Counted from the stretch's first letter, positions 12,592 to 26,659 are shown. The stretch is DNA of 64,000 nucleotides from Calcarisporiella thermophila CBS 279.70 (GCF_041956535.1 NW_027192207.1:343163-407162); one strand, 5' to 3'. Numbers and translations: made by a program. Notes: generated by a model not told the origin, from the sequence alone.

Positions 12592-13860
12592 TTACCATAG
12601 AGTACATTTGTCTATCGGATTCATGGGGCTTCCAGATCTGCAGTTGAATGCTTCTGCAAAATAGGCTGAGTTTTGGAACAAACCATTAACACGCCAACGG
12701 TTTGGAAGGTAACGTCCAGCATTTACTATATGTGCAAGAGAGGCGGGTGTCTCGATTGAGCACCATGATTGTGCAAACGAGATAAAGAAGAGCTGCTCGC
12801 GTGTGAAATTTTCCAAACCAGGGATTAAACGATTATTGTACTTGTGCATCTGCCGGTCCGAATCGAATCTCTTCTTCCATGTAGCAAAGGCAAGGCGCAT
12901 CCCACCATTATCTGCAATAGTTTCACCAAGAGAGGAAAACCCATTCACCTTGAGAGCAGCGCCATCAGGTCCCTTTACTGAGACCTTTGAGTTTTGATTC
13001 ACAAAACACTGGGCTCTAATATTGAAATTCTGAGTGCTCGCATTTGTCCACCAATTATTCAAGATGCCATTCGCATCATAAAATCGACCATTGGAATCGA
13101 ACCCATGAGTGACTTCGTGCCCCGCAACAACGCCGATAGATCCATAGTTTAGGCTAAAGGCGATAAAAATAAATTCATCCCGAATAGGAATTAATAAGAT
13201 TCTTGAAGTATGGAAATAAAAGGATTTCTAAACTCGAAGACACTTACTACTCTGGAAGTTTAGGAGAGTAAAACGGAGGCTGAAGAATACCACTGGGGAC
13301 AACTATTTCGTTGAACCAAGCTCTGTGAAAAGCATTGACTATATGCGGTAAAGTTGGCTCCCAATTCGAAATATCCTGCGATTCTCCCAATTTGGCTAAC
13401 TTTTTAATGTAATGCCACTTTTTGGACTGCAATATATTCGCGAGGAAATTGGTTTGATTGAATTCAAGTCCTTCATAGAATTTCTGGATTGAAGAGGGTT
13501 TCAAAGTGTCAGGAGCAGTCGGGTGGCCAACAGTTTGTACCAAATGATCGATTTTTTTGGTTGCCTTTGCTCGAGTTGATTCATCGAGCCAAGTGATATT
13601 GGGAAGGCTCTCTTTGAAGGTATCCCGGAGACTAGTTAAAATTTCTATAAAATGATGTGAGAGTAAGAGGGCGAATTAATAAGCTGATTATTACTAGTAT
13701 TCTCCCTATGTACTCTAGAATAATACCGACATAACTTACCTGCGACTTGCAGTTTCGAGTCATTTGTTAAGGTATGGAGCACATAATAACGACCAAGGCT
13801 TTCTCCCATTGATTCAGACACAGTTCTCATACAAAAAAGCCAGCGAGGTGGATCAGGGCT
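12592..13860 (-). pseudogene. M13 (neprilysin/ECE-like) metallopeptidase copy A, 5'-truncated
   Basis: VNAF..PSGILQPPFY, GHEVTHGFD, GETIADNGG and FNC..GSPMNP..KCTLW are present. Coding similarity stops near 13860 and abuts sequence homologous to the upstream region of copy B. Confidence 0.85.
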
Positions 13861-14636
13861 ATACAACACTATAAGCTGAAGCATATATGGAAAATTACCT
13901 CTACTCGAATTATTATCCAGATTGAATAAAAGACACTTCGAAACAATAATTTTATGCCTATCACAATGTGCACAGAGTTACACGGCAAAGACAATAGGAT
14001 TATGATGTTGTTTTATTGCTCTGTGAAAATTTAGAAGAGATAGAAAATATCACACTTGCTATCGTTGTGGAGAGCTTAGCTGAACTATTTCCCTTGCTAT
14101 ACTGACAAAACCAAATATTTTGTATATTTCGCCTTTCGCAAACGTGATGTAAGGTAATTTCTTTGTGATTCAAACCGGGTCCACTGTTTCTTTCTCACCT
14201 TCATTTTCCTATACTCTTTGTGCTTCTATTAGGGACCGTCTAGGACCGCCGAATTGTCCGGACAATATATCCAATTATATTTGCTTAGCGATAAAAAATA
14301 GCATTGCCTAAAAATATAGTCAACTCTAGCAACTATCCTGCTATTTTACATATTGGAATATCCTGATTAATAAAATAATATATGAGCTTGTCTGCAGCTA
14401 AGAGTGAAAAGATATTTTCTAATGAATTTCTTGCATTTCTTTGAATTACCTTGGATTCAGCAAGGCTACTCCATCCAATACAATGTATTGAATACTGCAG
14501 ATACACGCATGCACCCTTTGTATTTGTAGTGTAACTTGCTCTTTGATCTATGGTTCGACTTTCGAAAGATCTGAACATGGTTGATAGTTCTGGTCCACTG
14601 GAGTTTAACCCGCGTTTATTTTATTCATGTTTGTTT

Positions 14637-14689
14637 TATGGTCCTCAAATTCATACCGTAAGTCTCACGGTAAGAATTTGAGGACCATA
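14637..14689. repeat. 53-bp near-perfect palindrome
   Basis: TATGGTCCTCAAATTCATACCGTAAG-T-CTCACGGTAAGAATTTGAGGACCATA: 26-bp arms with 2 mismatches. Confidence 0.9.
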
Positions 14690-15759
14690 CACCATACATG
14701 TACCCGATAAGAGTCAGTTGTTAAAGTATTTATAAAAATACTCTGAGTCATAAAAAATTTGATAATCCACCAAAGACTAGTTAAACTTCTAAAAAAAAGT
14801 TAGTCACAGAGGGAGTTTAGCAAGTCTAGTCGCAAAAATGAGCTTTGCTCCATAATATTCTTTAGTTAATTTGAAGTTTGGGTCACGATATTGGTTTGCC
14901 ATAAGAGATGTCATGATAGGTTGCTATATATAGCATATCTTTTGATATAGACTCTAAAATTTATTTGATATGTTTGAAAATCCTAACCCCTTTTTCCAAA
15001 TTACATAGTTATTATATTACAAAGTCATGATGTATACAAAAGGGACGCTATTTTTTTTCCTCCTTTCCGTGTGGATATTTGACGTAGCAAAGGTAGTTAC
15101 AACAAATTACGCTTCTTCTTACACCTTCAACCTCTTCTATTGGCGAGTTCGAGCATTCAAGCGAATGTGTAAAGCATATTACTCAACAAATTTGGAAAGC
15201 CCAAGCTAGGTCACTTTGCATCATCGTGGTACGCGAATTATTGAATTTTTTTTCTTTTTGCTTAAGAATAACTATTGTGTTAACTTAAGCGAAATGGATA
15301 AAGGGGGTTGGGGTCAGCAAGTCACATTTCTCAATATTGCAGAGGAACATAATGTGTGATCTCGAGTTCAGCCGAGAAGAGCCTAGGATGAAAAACTATA
15401 TTTCTGAAGCACAAAATAAACAATTAGGTGAAATATCGGTTCTTTATAACGCAATGTATGATTTAATACATAATAGCCCATTCTGCTACATTTCGTCAAT
15501 TATAATTGCATACCGAATATCTCCTGAAAGAAACCATCTCCAAGATGGTAAAATGCATGTCAACAAATATTCTAGGCAAAAAAAGAATATTAATGGTAGT
15601 CATAAACAAATAAAATTCATATAACGAGCTAAGTTAAACTGAAGAAACCGTTAATCTAGAATAATAGATAGCATAAAAGCGAATAAAACTAAGATCTTAG
15701 GATTTATAACCAATATTGCATATTTGCTGGAAGATCTTGCTAGAGTACTCTAATGTTAT

Positions 15760-18164
15760 TTACCAATGAGCACACTTGTCTGCCAGATACATTGGGGTTC
15801 CAGGAGGACAATTGAAAGTTTCCACAAAGTTGACTGAGTTTTGGACCACGCCATTGACACGAAACCGGTTTGGAGCGTGAAGTTTATCTAACGCCTGATT
15901 TACAAGAAATGCAGGCGTCTCGATTGAATACCAATATTGCGCAAACGCGATAAAGAAGAGTTGCTCGCGGGTGAAGTTTTCTAAGCCAGGGATCCGACGA
16001 TTGTTGAGCTTTTGCATCTGCGGGTCCAAATCGAATCTCTTCTTCCACCTAACAAAGGCCTGGCGCATCCCACCATTATCTGCAATATTTTCACTAAGGC
16101 TGGATTTTCCATTCACCTTGTGATCTGCGCCATCAGGACCCTTTACCGAGAACTTGGAGTACTGATTCAAAAAGTATTGGACTCTATCATTGAAAGCATC
16201 AGTGCTCGAGGTCGTCCACTAATTATTCAAGATACCTTCGGGATCATACTCTCGACCAATGTTGTCAAACCCATGAGTGATCTCATGACCAACAATAAAG
16301 CCAAGGGCCCCATAGTTTAGGCTAGAAAAAAGACGAAAATGCATTAAGCCGGGATATGATAATAATGCTTATACTCTGAAAATTGTATCCAAACTCGTAA
16401 ACACCTACTATTCTGAAAGACTAGCAGAGTAAAACAGAGGCTGAAGAATACCGCTTGGGACCAGTATATCGTTAAATGTTTATCTGTGAGTCGCATTGGC
16501 CGTGTACGTGAATATATGAACTTTGAATAGTAATAGGCTAATATAGTTCACGTGCAACGCGATATTTCAAATCATTCGTAAAGGTATAAAGTACATAGTA
16601 GCGACCTAGACTTTGTCTCATTAAATCAGACACGAGGTTTATACATGAATACCAACGAGGTGATTGAGAGTCTGGTTTATCTGCTCCATTAAAGTGAAAC
16701 GCCGGCCGTTGGTATATAGAGTCAAGATAAATACTATATGCCAAGATACTTTGCCAAATGAAATAGGTCTGAAGTGCATGTCTGGGGATCTTTAACAACA
16801 CGTTGGCAAACGCCATGATGTTTTCCGGCGAATCGAGTAAAACAAAATCGGGAGCTTGGATTCCCTCACCAAGTAGGGATGAATGAACAAATTCCAATCT
16901 ATACCGGGTGCCATCTGCTCGAGATCAGAAATCTTAGTAGGAGCTGGGGTTAAGTTAGGGGCTTTTAAGTTGATGTTGGTGGACTCAATCACCATAACTT
17001 GTTCCGCCATTTTTGTGTATATATCATTGTTTATCGTGACGTTTGGCCATAGCGCGGAGCCAATTTCACCAACTACTAGCGCAAACGTTTCAGCTATCAT
17101 GTTGCGATACTTGGATACAAATTTTATATCCTTGTATCTATCGCTGCTATAAGTGTTGAATACTTTGATTGTGATTTCAAAAAAGTGAGAGCTATGATCC
17201 TTGGGATTAGGGATAGCGACCCCCTGATATGTTCCTGGTATGAAGTTACGTTAAAGTGTGGCAAGAAAATTAGCAATAACCCTGCGATCGATGTAGTCAT
17301 TATTGGAACTGGCGATAGTTTCCGTTTTACTATCATTGCTGGTGATGGCAGTGGCAGTTGTTACTGTGGTGATGATAGACGTAGCAGCGGCAGTAGTGAT
17401 GGTGGAAACATTATTGGCGGCAATAAGAGATGAGTTGTTCCGCTGAAGTAGTTCGCTATCATAATCAGGATGAACTGGTTTAGTAACCCCTATATTATTG
17501 GCTATTTTGCTGCGATAATCGGGTGCGGCAACATTGTTCTTGTTGAGGGTCACAGAGATGACGTTGACGTGGGTGAAGGAAGAGGCAGTGATACTGTCTT
17601 GATACTGTTCATTGGTGTAGTAAAGAGGGAGTGTTTTGGCTAGCCGCAGGTTATTGATTACTAGGTTTATCACTTGAAAAATAGGCTGCGCTCCCGAAGT
17701 ATTAATAGCTTTTTCATTCATACAAGATCGACATAACTATATAATTGTGTGCAAATAGAAGTGGCTGAAAGCAATGCGATACATTACTTACTGTTTAAAG
17801 CTTCTCGAAATTCTGCTGATCTGCTGATCTGCTCCAGTAAGTTCTTCAACATTTCAAGGCTTTTGTCAGTAATAATGTCCATTATTATAAGGTTTTGTTT
17901 CCAATTGGGAATTACATGTGTCCTTCTATAGTTTGAACAAGAATACTCGAAAAAATCTATACACGGATCAAGAGTAAAGTCGCGGGATTTGCGAATAGCC
18001 TCTGCAGCGGCGATATGCTCTGGATCAATGCAAGAAGATTGCTTCTGCCGTCTTCGCAACTGCGGTGAAGCATTGGCATTGCCCATGAGAAGATCTGCAC
18101 TAACTATCAATAATGAAACAAAAAAATGATCTCCATAAATTTTTCGCTCCCCTTTACACGGCAT
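15760..18164 (-). pseudogene. M13 metallopeptidase copy B, disrupted
   Basis: Hydrophobic N-terminal segment, [38 protein letters not shown]. In-frame stops at 17251, 16480 and 16219, a frameshift near 16885 and an internal deletion near 16510. Confidence 0.88.
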
Positions 18165-21100
18165 ATTCGAAGTGGTTTTGAAGTATAAAATGTATTATAT
18201 TGTATTAGATAAAAACAATAAAATTGAGCTTTTGCTACTTTCTCCAAAAAGACTCAGATAAACAAGAGCTAAGACGTAGAAAACATTATAGCGTGCAAAA
18301 ATCAACAGAATAATGGGCGAGAGTTTGTTGAACACCACGAATGGATCGGCCACCGGTATTCATATTAATATAAACTCTACAAAATTAGATAAAGATGCTA
18401 CCTTACACAATAAAGAACAAATCAAAATGCTCGAGACATCTTCCTCTCTCTTCTCGTACGGCCACTTTGATCATGTTCCGGTATAAGTTCTGACTGGAGT
18501 GAATGCTTGCAACAGAATATTAAAGAAGATTTAATACACATAAGCGGATCACAAAAGTCTCCTCTATTAGCTGAAGCATATTTGGAAAATTAACTCTACT
18601 CGAATTATTATCCTGATTGAGTAAAAGTTCTGCAGAGTGAACTTGTGGATATCTCAATACCATAGGTTTAGGCCGGTTACAACGTGTATAGAGTTGCACG
18701 GCTAAGATAGGACAATGATGCAGTTTTATTGTTATGAGGAAGGTGGGAAAGTGGCACACTTGCTATCGTTATGGAAGAGAGCTTAGCTAAACCATCTTCC
18801 TTGGAATGACAGATCAAACTGCTAATACGAATATGCTACAGAGCTCGACTTTTGAAACAAATTAATCGTATTCACCCCGTGATTTACACTGAATTCTGTT
18901 GTATCTTTCCTGCCTCTGCACACCTTTATTCTTTGTGTTTCGGCTTGGAACCGCTTGGGGCCATCGTATCATCCGAATATTAATTTATAATTACATTTGC
19001 TTAGCATAAAAAGTAGCATTGCTTTTAAATATACTCTGGTGACATCAGCTATTATCCCCCTATTTCTTACGTCGAAATGCCAGATAAGAAAAAAGAAATG
19101 AGTTCATATGCACCGAAGAGTGCAATTCTCTATTATAATGATATACTTGTACTTCTTTGGGTTGCCTTGGGTGTGAAAAGGATTCTTTTTTCAATACAAT
19201 GTGTTGATCCATTTTTGCTCTACTGTGAATACTTGCACCCTTTTTTTTTAATGGTATTACATGTTAGCTAATGATTCAGCTCTCGATAGATTTGAATATG
19301 GCAATTACTTCAGGCCTACTAGACCTTAACCTGCGTGTTTTCTATTCATGTTTGTTTTATGATCCTTAGCATCATACCGTGAGACCATCCCTATAAGAAT
19401 CAATTGTTAAAGGATTTATTAGAAAATTCTGAGACGTAATAAAATGGATAATCCATCAAGGGTTAGTTAAATTTCTTAAAAAAAAACTGAAAGGTTAGCC
19501 ACAACGGGGCTTTAGCAAGTATCTTTGCAAAAATAGCTTTTATCCACTATGCTCTATATATAATTTGAAGTTTGGGTCTCGATAATGGATGGCCCAAGGA
19601 GATGTCATGATAGGTTGCTGTGTATAGGGTATCCTATTGATATAGACTCCAAAATATAATTGGTATACCTGGAGCGTCTAGGAACGGTATTTGAAAAACT
19701 ATGTGGAAACTGCTGAGTGCATGAGCTACTTAGCAGAAGGCAATAATACATTAATCAATATATTTTGAACTTTGGTCGATGTATACAAAAAAATCTTTGA
19801 TAATTATTTCCTATTTAGGAAAATGGATTTGATTCTGAAAAGTACATGGAATTATGATTCTCAAATATGTTGGGCGCGTAATCAAATTTTACCATTTACC
19901 AACTCTATATTTTCTTTAGGCACTTTTCCTAAGTGAGTTGATCTCACTTATTCCTTGAACACCCGTACTTGATTCATCACGCGAACCTTCGGAAGCTATC
20001 GCAATATCATAAAAGTTTTTGCAGTGATTAGTTCTCTTTTCAATCTTTATCGTGTTCTTTGCGACTTTATAAAGGACTATTTAGAGACAATGATTCCCAC
20101 AATGATTATTTCGTAAAGATTAAACTTTAGCATTTATTAGCAAAAGTCGCCCCAACGCGACTTCCATTACCGAAAATCAGTTTCAGTTTTTCTTTGATAT
20201 ATAATATGCACCCATTTCCAGCACAGCTCATTCATAAACGCCATATCGTGTGATGGAAGAACAAGCATGCTGAGCTAAATGGTAATACTAGATGTAGACT
20301 TTTAAAACACTTAAAATAAATTCATTATATTGGTAAATTTGATAACGAAAGACACCAATCATCTTTCATCAATTGCTATTCTAATTCTCCGAGTCATCAG
20401 GCGCATTTTAAAAAGGGAAGTATCACCATCCCTTCTAATATAAGCCATACACATACTTTGGGGCTATTTGGTTAGGATCTTTACTCTGACAACAATGCAA
20501 TAGATGCAATGTGTTTACTACTCGATTGTATTGCGACCGATATCTGGAGATCGTGGTATTTTGTAGAGGTCATGGTAAGGTGTTACGGAGAAAAGCCGAC
20601 GGAATGCTGATTTCTGTGGATGAGTGGGTGGGATGCGGGTTTTGATCAAGTGTAAAATTTAAACCGATTTTTGTTTTCATGAAAGTAGGTATGAAATTTA
20701 TTCCACGGCATTCCACAAGCGGAATATCTTTGCAGAATTTAGTCAAGCAATAAGCACATTATTAGGAATAATAAACTTGGAGAGGGTCATATAAAACCAA
20801 TTTATCCTGTAATCAAGTCATATCAAAGAACTCAGGATTTGCAAAAAAATCTTCACTCGGTTTGAGAATATCATATACTTGAGAAAAAAAAGACGAGATG
20901 GGCCAAAGAGAGGCAGCAAATCAGCGTGGGCGATTTTGAAGAAGTTTGAAAAACATTAGCCATTAGCCCTAAAAGCTCCGGCACGTGAGAATCGATTGGC
21001 ATTCAGCCAGAGTAAAATTTTCAGCCGCGATAAGCCAGATCTGGAACATCGAGAATCACGACGTCAGCGAGGGAACTCTAATTGCAGTAGTGTTCCGTGG

Positions 21101-21541
21101 CCCTATTCGTGATCGTAGGGATATTGGGGGAGGGAGTAGAGGGCGGCACTATAGAATTCCTGGAGCACAGTGAGGCTGAATCCGCAGCGGAAGTGCAGAG
21201 AGAAAACGATCCGTCGATTTGTGGGAGATGACAGTGATCAAATAAACAATCGATGAATCTTAGGAAAATTTAACTTTCTCCGAAGTCTTCCGGCCTACGC
21301 ATTTTGAATGTGACGCAGCTCGACTTGTCTCGTTCCAGTACATTTTCGCGCGCTTCTCGTTTCCCGAAAATAAAACGTAAAAACATAATTACAAAAGTCA
21401 AAAGTGGGTAATTTTCTTGCGCTGCATTTTGCATAGCTACCTGTCCTGACTCTCCCCTCCATAACCCCCTTTCTTCAGGATTACGGGGAAACCTTTGGTC
21501 AGTATTAACCGAGAACCCAGCATCCATCTATACAACTTGGA

Positions 21542-23368
21542 ATGATGTCTTTAGAATTGCACTCCCGAGCTAATGTGACAGACAACATTCCTAAGAATGA
21601 CCTTCATGAATCTAGCATTTCAAAGACACCATCGTCCACGCCATCCGCGCAAGTGCCAGATGAGGACCAGCTCCGCCTGCGATTGGCAGCAACAATAGCC
21701 AATCTGCTGCAGGCTGCCAATTCGCCCGAAGGAGAAAAGGTGCTTAGTGCTCTTACGCCCGAGCAGCTTGCCTTGCTAAAACGTGCATTGCTGAGTAATA
21801 ACAATGCCGCATTAGCCAACAAGGCGGCTACTAATGCCAAATTAGAACGGGCCAAACGCCCGGCTGCGACAGAGACAGATGGCCCAGGAGACTCCAAACC
21901 AACTAAGCGGGCACGAGAGAAAAAGAATTCAAAACCGCAACTGGAAACAGCTTCTGACCTCTCTGCATCAGCGGTGGTTTCGCCCCCTACTCCTCCAGAC
22001 TCGGATGAGGTGTCCTCCCCACCCCCCACTACCACCACTTCGCAATCACAACCTCAGCGCCGAGGAGGACAGTCGGCAGAGCTCACGGCTTCGGAACCAG
22101 TGACTGAAATACGCGACGGGGTTGAATGGGTGACCTTTATCTATTCTCATAATCGGACACTACGAAGATATACCATTCGTACCGATGTAGAGAGGGTGAA
22201 GGTGGAGGAACTCTCAAAGCAATTTAAAAGTGAAAATTGCGTAGGTTTCTTTTTTCGATAGGTACAGCGAAAATAGACGAATTGCTAACGATCATTTGTG
22301 CCTGGTCGCTAGGTGTACCCACGGGCACTCTGTCCTCAGGAGAATTACCAGGGAAACCGCTGGGCCTATGAAACCGAGTGCAATATCATAGGCTGGAAGC
22401 TCACCGCCCTCAATAAAGAGGAGATCGGTGGCCGTCGCGGACTTATCCAGCGTGCAGTGGATTGTTTTCGCAACCGCTACCCGGAACTTCGTTCGCGCCG
22501 TGTGGCGCGCCAGGAAAAACTCCTCAATGGCACACTGCGCAAGCGACGCGACCACAACACCAATACCAACTCGCAACAAACTCCCTCGGTGGAATCCACT
22601 GTATCCGAGGACAACAAAAAATCAGCGCGCCATCCACCCAAGACCTTTGCGGTGTGGGATTTGTCGCGCAATACACGGTGTCGAATTCGTATCAACGTCA
22701 ACGATGTCCGGTTGGAAGACATCACTTCCGAATTCAAACGAAAAAACTGCGTGTTTCCTCGGGCTCGCGATGCAAGCTATCCGCATGCTGATTTGGCTCG
22801 GTGGCGAGAGGAAAGCGAGTGCAATGAGCTGGGGTGGAAATTGGTAACTAGCTAACAACCCCGTTTTTTGAAGGACACGCGGGATGCTTATCATTTCTTG
22901 TGAATATGTTAGGCATGGTTGAACCAGCGTCAGTTGGCCAACAAACGCGCCCTCCTCCAGCGCACCCTTGATCTCTACAGATCCAAGTTTTGTTCACATC
23001 TTCCTTTACGTCGCCGCCGCTCCACCCCTCCACCTCCTCCTGCTTGCACTGCCCCCTCCCATTCGACTGCGGTCGATTTCTGCTGTTCTTCTTCCGTCTC
23101 TTCCGCAACGCCATCTCTCTCCTCTACCACTTCAACCGTGATGACGCCTGAATTTGCCTGCTGGGCATCTCCATCACAGTCGCCGGAGTTTGCGGCTGTG
23201 GTGGGTTGCTTGCCGCCTCTGGAGCAATGCCTGTTGGAGGAAATGCAAATCGACGAAGATCCAGGAGCGGTCGTTGTAAAATCTGAAGGTGAAGATTGGA
23301 GTGAGGAAGGAAAAGATGAGGATGCAGATTGGAGGGGATTCATTGTCTCAGAATTCACAGAGGGATGA
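21542..23368 (+). CDS. Conserved fungal protein with two copies of an uncharacterised domain (probably nuclear)
   Basis: Spliced (introns about 22241-22312 and 22844-22912). Repeats FKSENCVYPRA..YETECNIIGWKL..RRGLIQRAVD and FKRKNCVFPRA..EESECNELGWKL..KRALLQRTLD, with basic NLS-like stretches. Confidence 0.8.
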
Positions 23369-24081
23369 TACATTAAATAGAAGAACCAATGGTTTTATTT
23401 TTTTGTGTGTGTAAGAAGAGTGTTAATAAGTTTTTTTATTTCTTGTTGTTAATTATTAATTTAGATTTTAGATTCTTTTTATTTCTGTCCTTCCCTACTC
23501 TTTCTTCCAACCCTCCCCCCAATTCATCACCATTCATATATGTTTTTTCTTCTTAGCATTAGTCCCCTTTCCCTTTCTTTGTCTTGGGTTTTGTATAAAA
23601 TTCTTCAGTGCGGGACTGTGTTTCTTTGGGATGAGTGTGTTCTTAAATAAAAAATTCCATTTGTGTTGAGATAAGGAGACCAAGGAATATCCCAGCTATC
23701 CGCTCGTTCAACACATTTGACGGACAATGGCAGATAACCCATTTTTATTTCTGTACTTGCTCACTTACTCACCAAGCTTGACGGACCCTCCGCCCCGACC
23801 TAGGGCGAGCACACAACACAATAGCCTCCTCTTCAAAAAAAAAAAGAAAAAAGTTCCCCCTCGTCTTTTTTTTTTTCCTTAACTTTCTTATTTTTGTTCC
23901 AGCTTATAATGCTGTCCCAAAAGTAATTATTAGCTCCATAATTTTAGTTAATTGTTCATTCTTTTTTTTTCTCACCAAGTCGTTTCGAGGGACAAATATA
24001 GAAAAGGGCTTTGGAGAGTTTTGTTAGTTTTTGTTTTTCTCTCTAATTGAAAGGAGATCTGTGTGCGTGATTTGTTATATA

Positions 24082-26659
24082 ATGAGCACTCCGGCAGGTA
24101 ATGACGACCATTATAGCCCGGAAAAGGCGGAAGCGGGAGGATTTGAAAATGGAAGTGAGGAGGTGGAATTAGTAACTCCTCGCGGAATGTCTAACAGCGA
24201 CCAGGGGCAAGATGCAGGTGAGAGCGGAGGAGGAGAGAAGGCAGCTGCTGGAGGTACATTCCCGCCCACCGCTCCCGCTCAGGGCCCCTACTACTATCAC
24301 CCCGGCGCGACGACGGGCCCTTATCCGGCCAATCCCTACGTCGTCTATCCTTATTACTCCGCTCCCACGGCCGGCAATGGTTACTACGGAACCCCGACGG
24401 GGACCGCAAGCGGAGGCAGCGGTGGCTACTACTATCCTACCGATCCTGCTGCATTCTATCCATCGGAGCCCCCCACTCCCGGCGCCATGTCTCCTCAGCC
24501 CGCGCCTGGTATGCCAATGACTTATCCGGTTGGCCCCCCCCATCATCCACACTCGCAACACCCTCATCCACACGCGCATCCATACTATCCCGCACCCCTG
24601 CACATGCCAGCGATTCACTCGCATCACCCGCCGCATCCTCGCCCTCCCATGTCTCACCATCCGCACCAGCAGTCTCCACCGACGCCCGCCCGATCTACGC
24701 GCACATCAGGATACACGAGTCCTGTAGTTTCCGCTGGTCGTCCTCCTGCCGTTACTCTCCCTATCACAGGTGCCCCCGGCGGTCCTCGCGGTCAGCGCTA
24801 TTCAGCCGGTGGCGCAGGTGCCGTGATGACTCAGCAACCGGCTCTGCGGCCTGAGAATGGCGGCGGAGGCGGAAAACACCACCCGAAAAACCTGGCTATG
24901 TGGGTTGGAAACCTTCCGGATGATTGTAACACTGAGGAGCTCGAGGCGTTCTTTGCCGACGAGCAAGTGGAGGTTTGTATTAACAGAGGAGAGGGGGGAA
25001 GTCGGGGAGGGATTAGGAAACACGCGAAGAAGGAGGATTAATCGCATTTCTTTTTACATTTGAATAGAGTATCTATCATCTGCCTAAATCCAACTGTGCC
25101 TTTGTGAATTTCAAGAACCGGGACGCGCTTACAAAAGCACTCGAAAAGTACCACAACTCTGGTAATTCTATTGCAATAAGCACTCTAGTCTGAAGTGAGT
25201 TTTCTGATGATTGCACTCGCGTAGATTTCAATGGAACCAAACTCGTCTGTCGTCCTCAAAGAGTAACATCTCTTCTCTTTTCTTTCCTTGGTCCCTAATG
25301 TATAACTTATTTTCGTTTTATTTAGCCACTTTCCCACGAGAATCCTGCCTGGCCATTTGCTGCTGCTTACAATCCTCCTCGCTACCAACAACCTCAGGTA
25401 GCATCTAGTGGCCGGAAGCTGAAGGAGCGCTATTTCATCCTCAAAAGCTTAACTCAGGAGGACCTTGACATCTCCGTGGGCACTGGAATGTGGGCGACGC
25501 AGCCAAGGAACGAAGCAGTACTCAACAGTGCTTTCAAAGTAAGCCCATCCTCTAGCTTCCTTTATCGCGGCATACTAATCCACTTTGAAATCGTTATTAG
25601 GATGCAGATACGGTATATTTGATATATAGTGCCAATAAAAGCGGTGAATTTTACGGGTTTGCGAAAATGGCAGGTCCGATAAGTACTCCATCCCAGAAGG
25701 TGCAATGGGCGCCTGTGCACAAGGAGCTGACTGGAGAGGAAAGCAACGAGGAAGAGGAAGGTAGAGAAGGCCAAGACAACAAGGAAGTTGACATTGCCGA
25801 GCAAAACGAGGAGTTTAGAGAAGCAGAGATGGAGAGCGAGGCGGATTTAGAAGGTGCAGAACAAGAAGGCTTTCCTCCAAAGGACAAGCGTTGGGGCAGC
25901 GAGTTCAAGGTACAGTGGATCATGCTCCACAAGTTACCGTTTACTCAGACGCGCCACCTGCGTAACCCGTGGAACAGCAACCGTGAAGTGAAAGTTTCGC
26001 GTGATGGTACGGAGGTCGAGACGTCGGTGGGAGAGGCGCTGATCCGAGAATTTTACCGTTATGAACAAATACAGCGAGAACTGGGTGCGAATCCTGCTCT
26101 TCAACGACGCGGAGAGCAGCTGGGTGGAGTGGAAGGAGCAGAGGAAATGGCTGCAAGTGGAGGAAGACCTCATTTCGCACCCCGCCCGCGCCCCCCGCGA
26201 CCTCACTCTATGCAGCGTCCTCATTTTAGACCCGGCGGAATGCCTCCTCAGAGGTATCCGGGACCGCACCAGCTTCACCCCATGATGTACAAACCGCAGC
26301 CATACTATCGGCCTAATGCTGGTGGCTATGCCGGCAGAGACGCAGGTTGGGTTCCACCGGAAATGAGTGGAATGGGTGGATACTACCCAGCCTATGGTCA
26401 CCCAGGGGGATATGTCTATCAGGTTCCTCACCCGGCCCCTGGCGCTCCTAATGTCACCTCTCACCCTGTGCAGCCAAGTCCGCTTATCCCAATGCTGCCT
26501 CCCTCTGTTGCGCCACCCGTCCCACCCACGACTGCCACCACTACTACCACAGTCTCCTCCACATCCTCGCCAAGCTCACCTATGTCATCTACTGGGCCCA
26601 AGGTAGAGGGTTTGGAGATGGAAATGGGAAAATTGAATGTTGGAGAGAAAGAAGGCTAA
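24082..26659 (+). CDS. RRM + YTH domain RNA-binding protein (YTHDC-like)
   Basis: RNP2 MWVGNLP and RNP1 NCAFVNF. YTH motifs RYFILKS..GMWATQ..SANKSGEFYGFAKM..LRNPWNSNREVKVSRDGTEV. Pro/Tyr/His-rich low-complexity ends. Confidence 0.92.

Larger units (their letters stand above)
12290..19670. repeat. Old tandem segmental duplication (about 12290-14975 vs 15450-19670)
   Basis: Homologous flanks as well as coding sequence: AGCTGAAGCATAT.TGGAAAATTA.CTCTACTCGAATTATTATCC near 13875 and 18569, GAGATGTCATGATAGGTTGCT near 14905 and 19599, TTAATCTAGAATAATAGATA near 12491 and 15651. Confidence 0.9.

Noticed and set aside
19700-20900. Possible decayed gene or transposon
   Set aside because: Short open stretches only, with no motif I can support.
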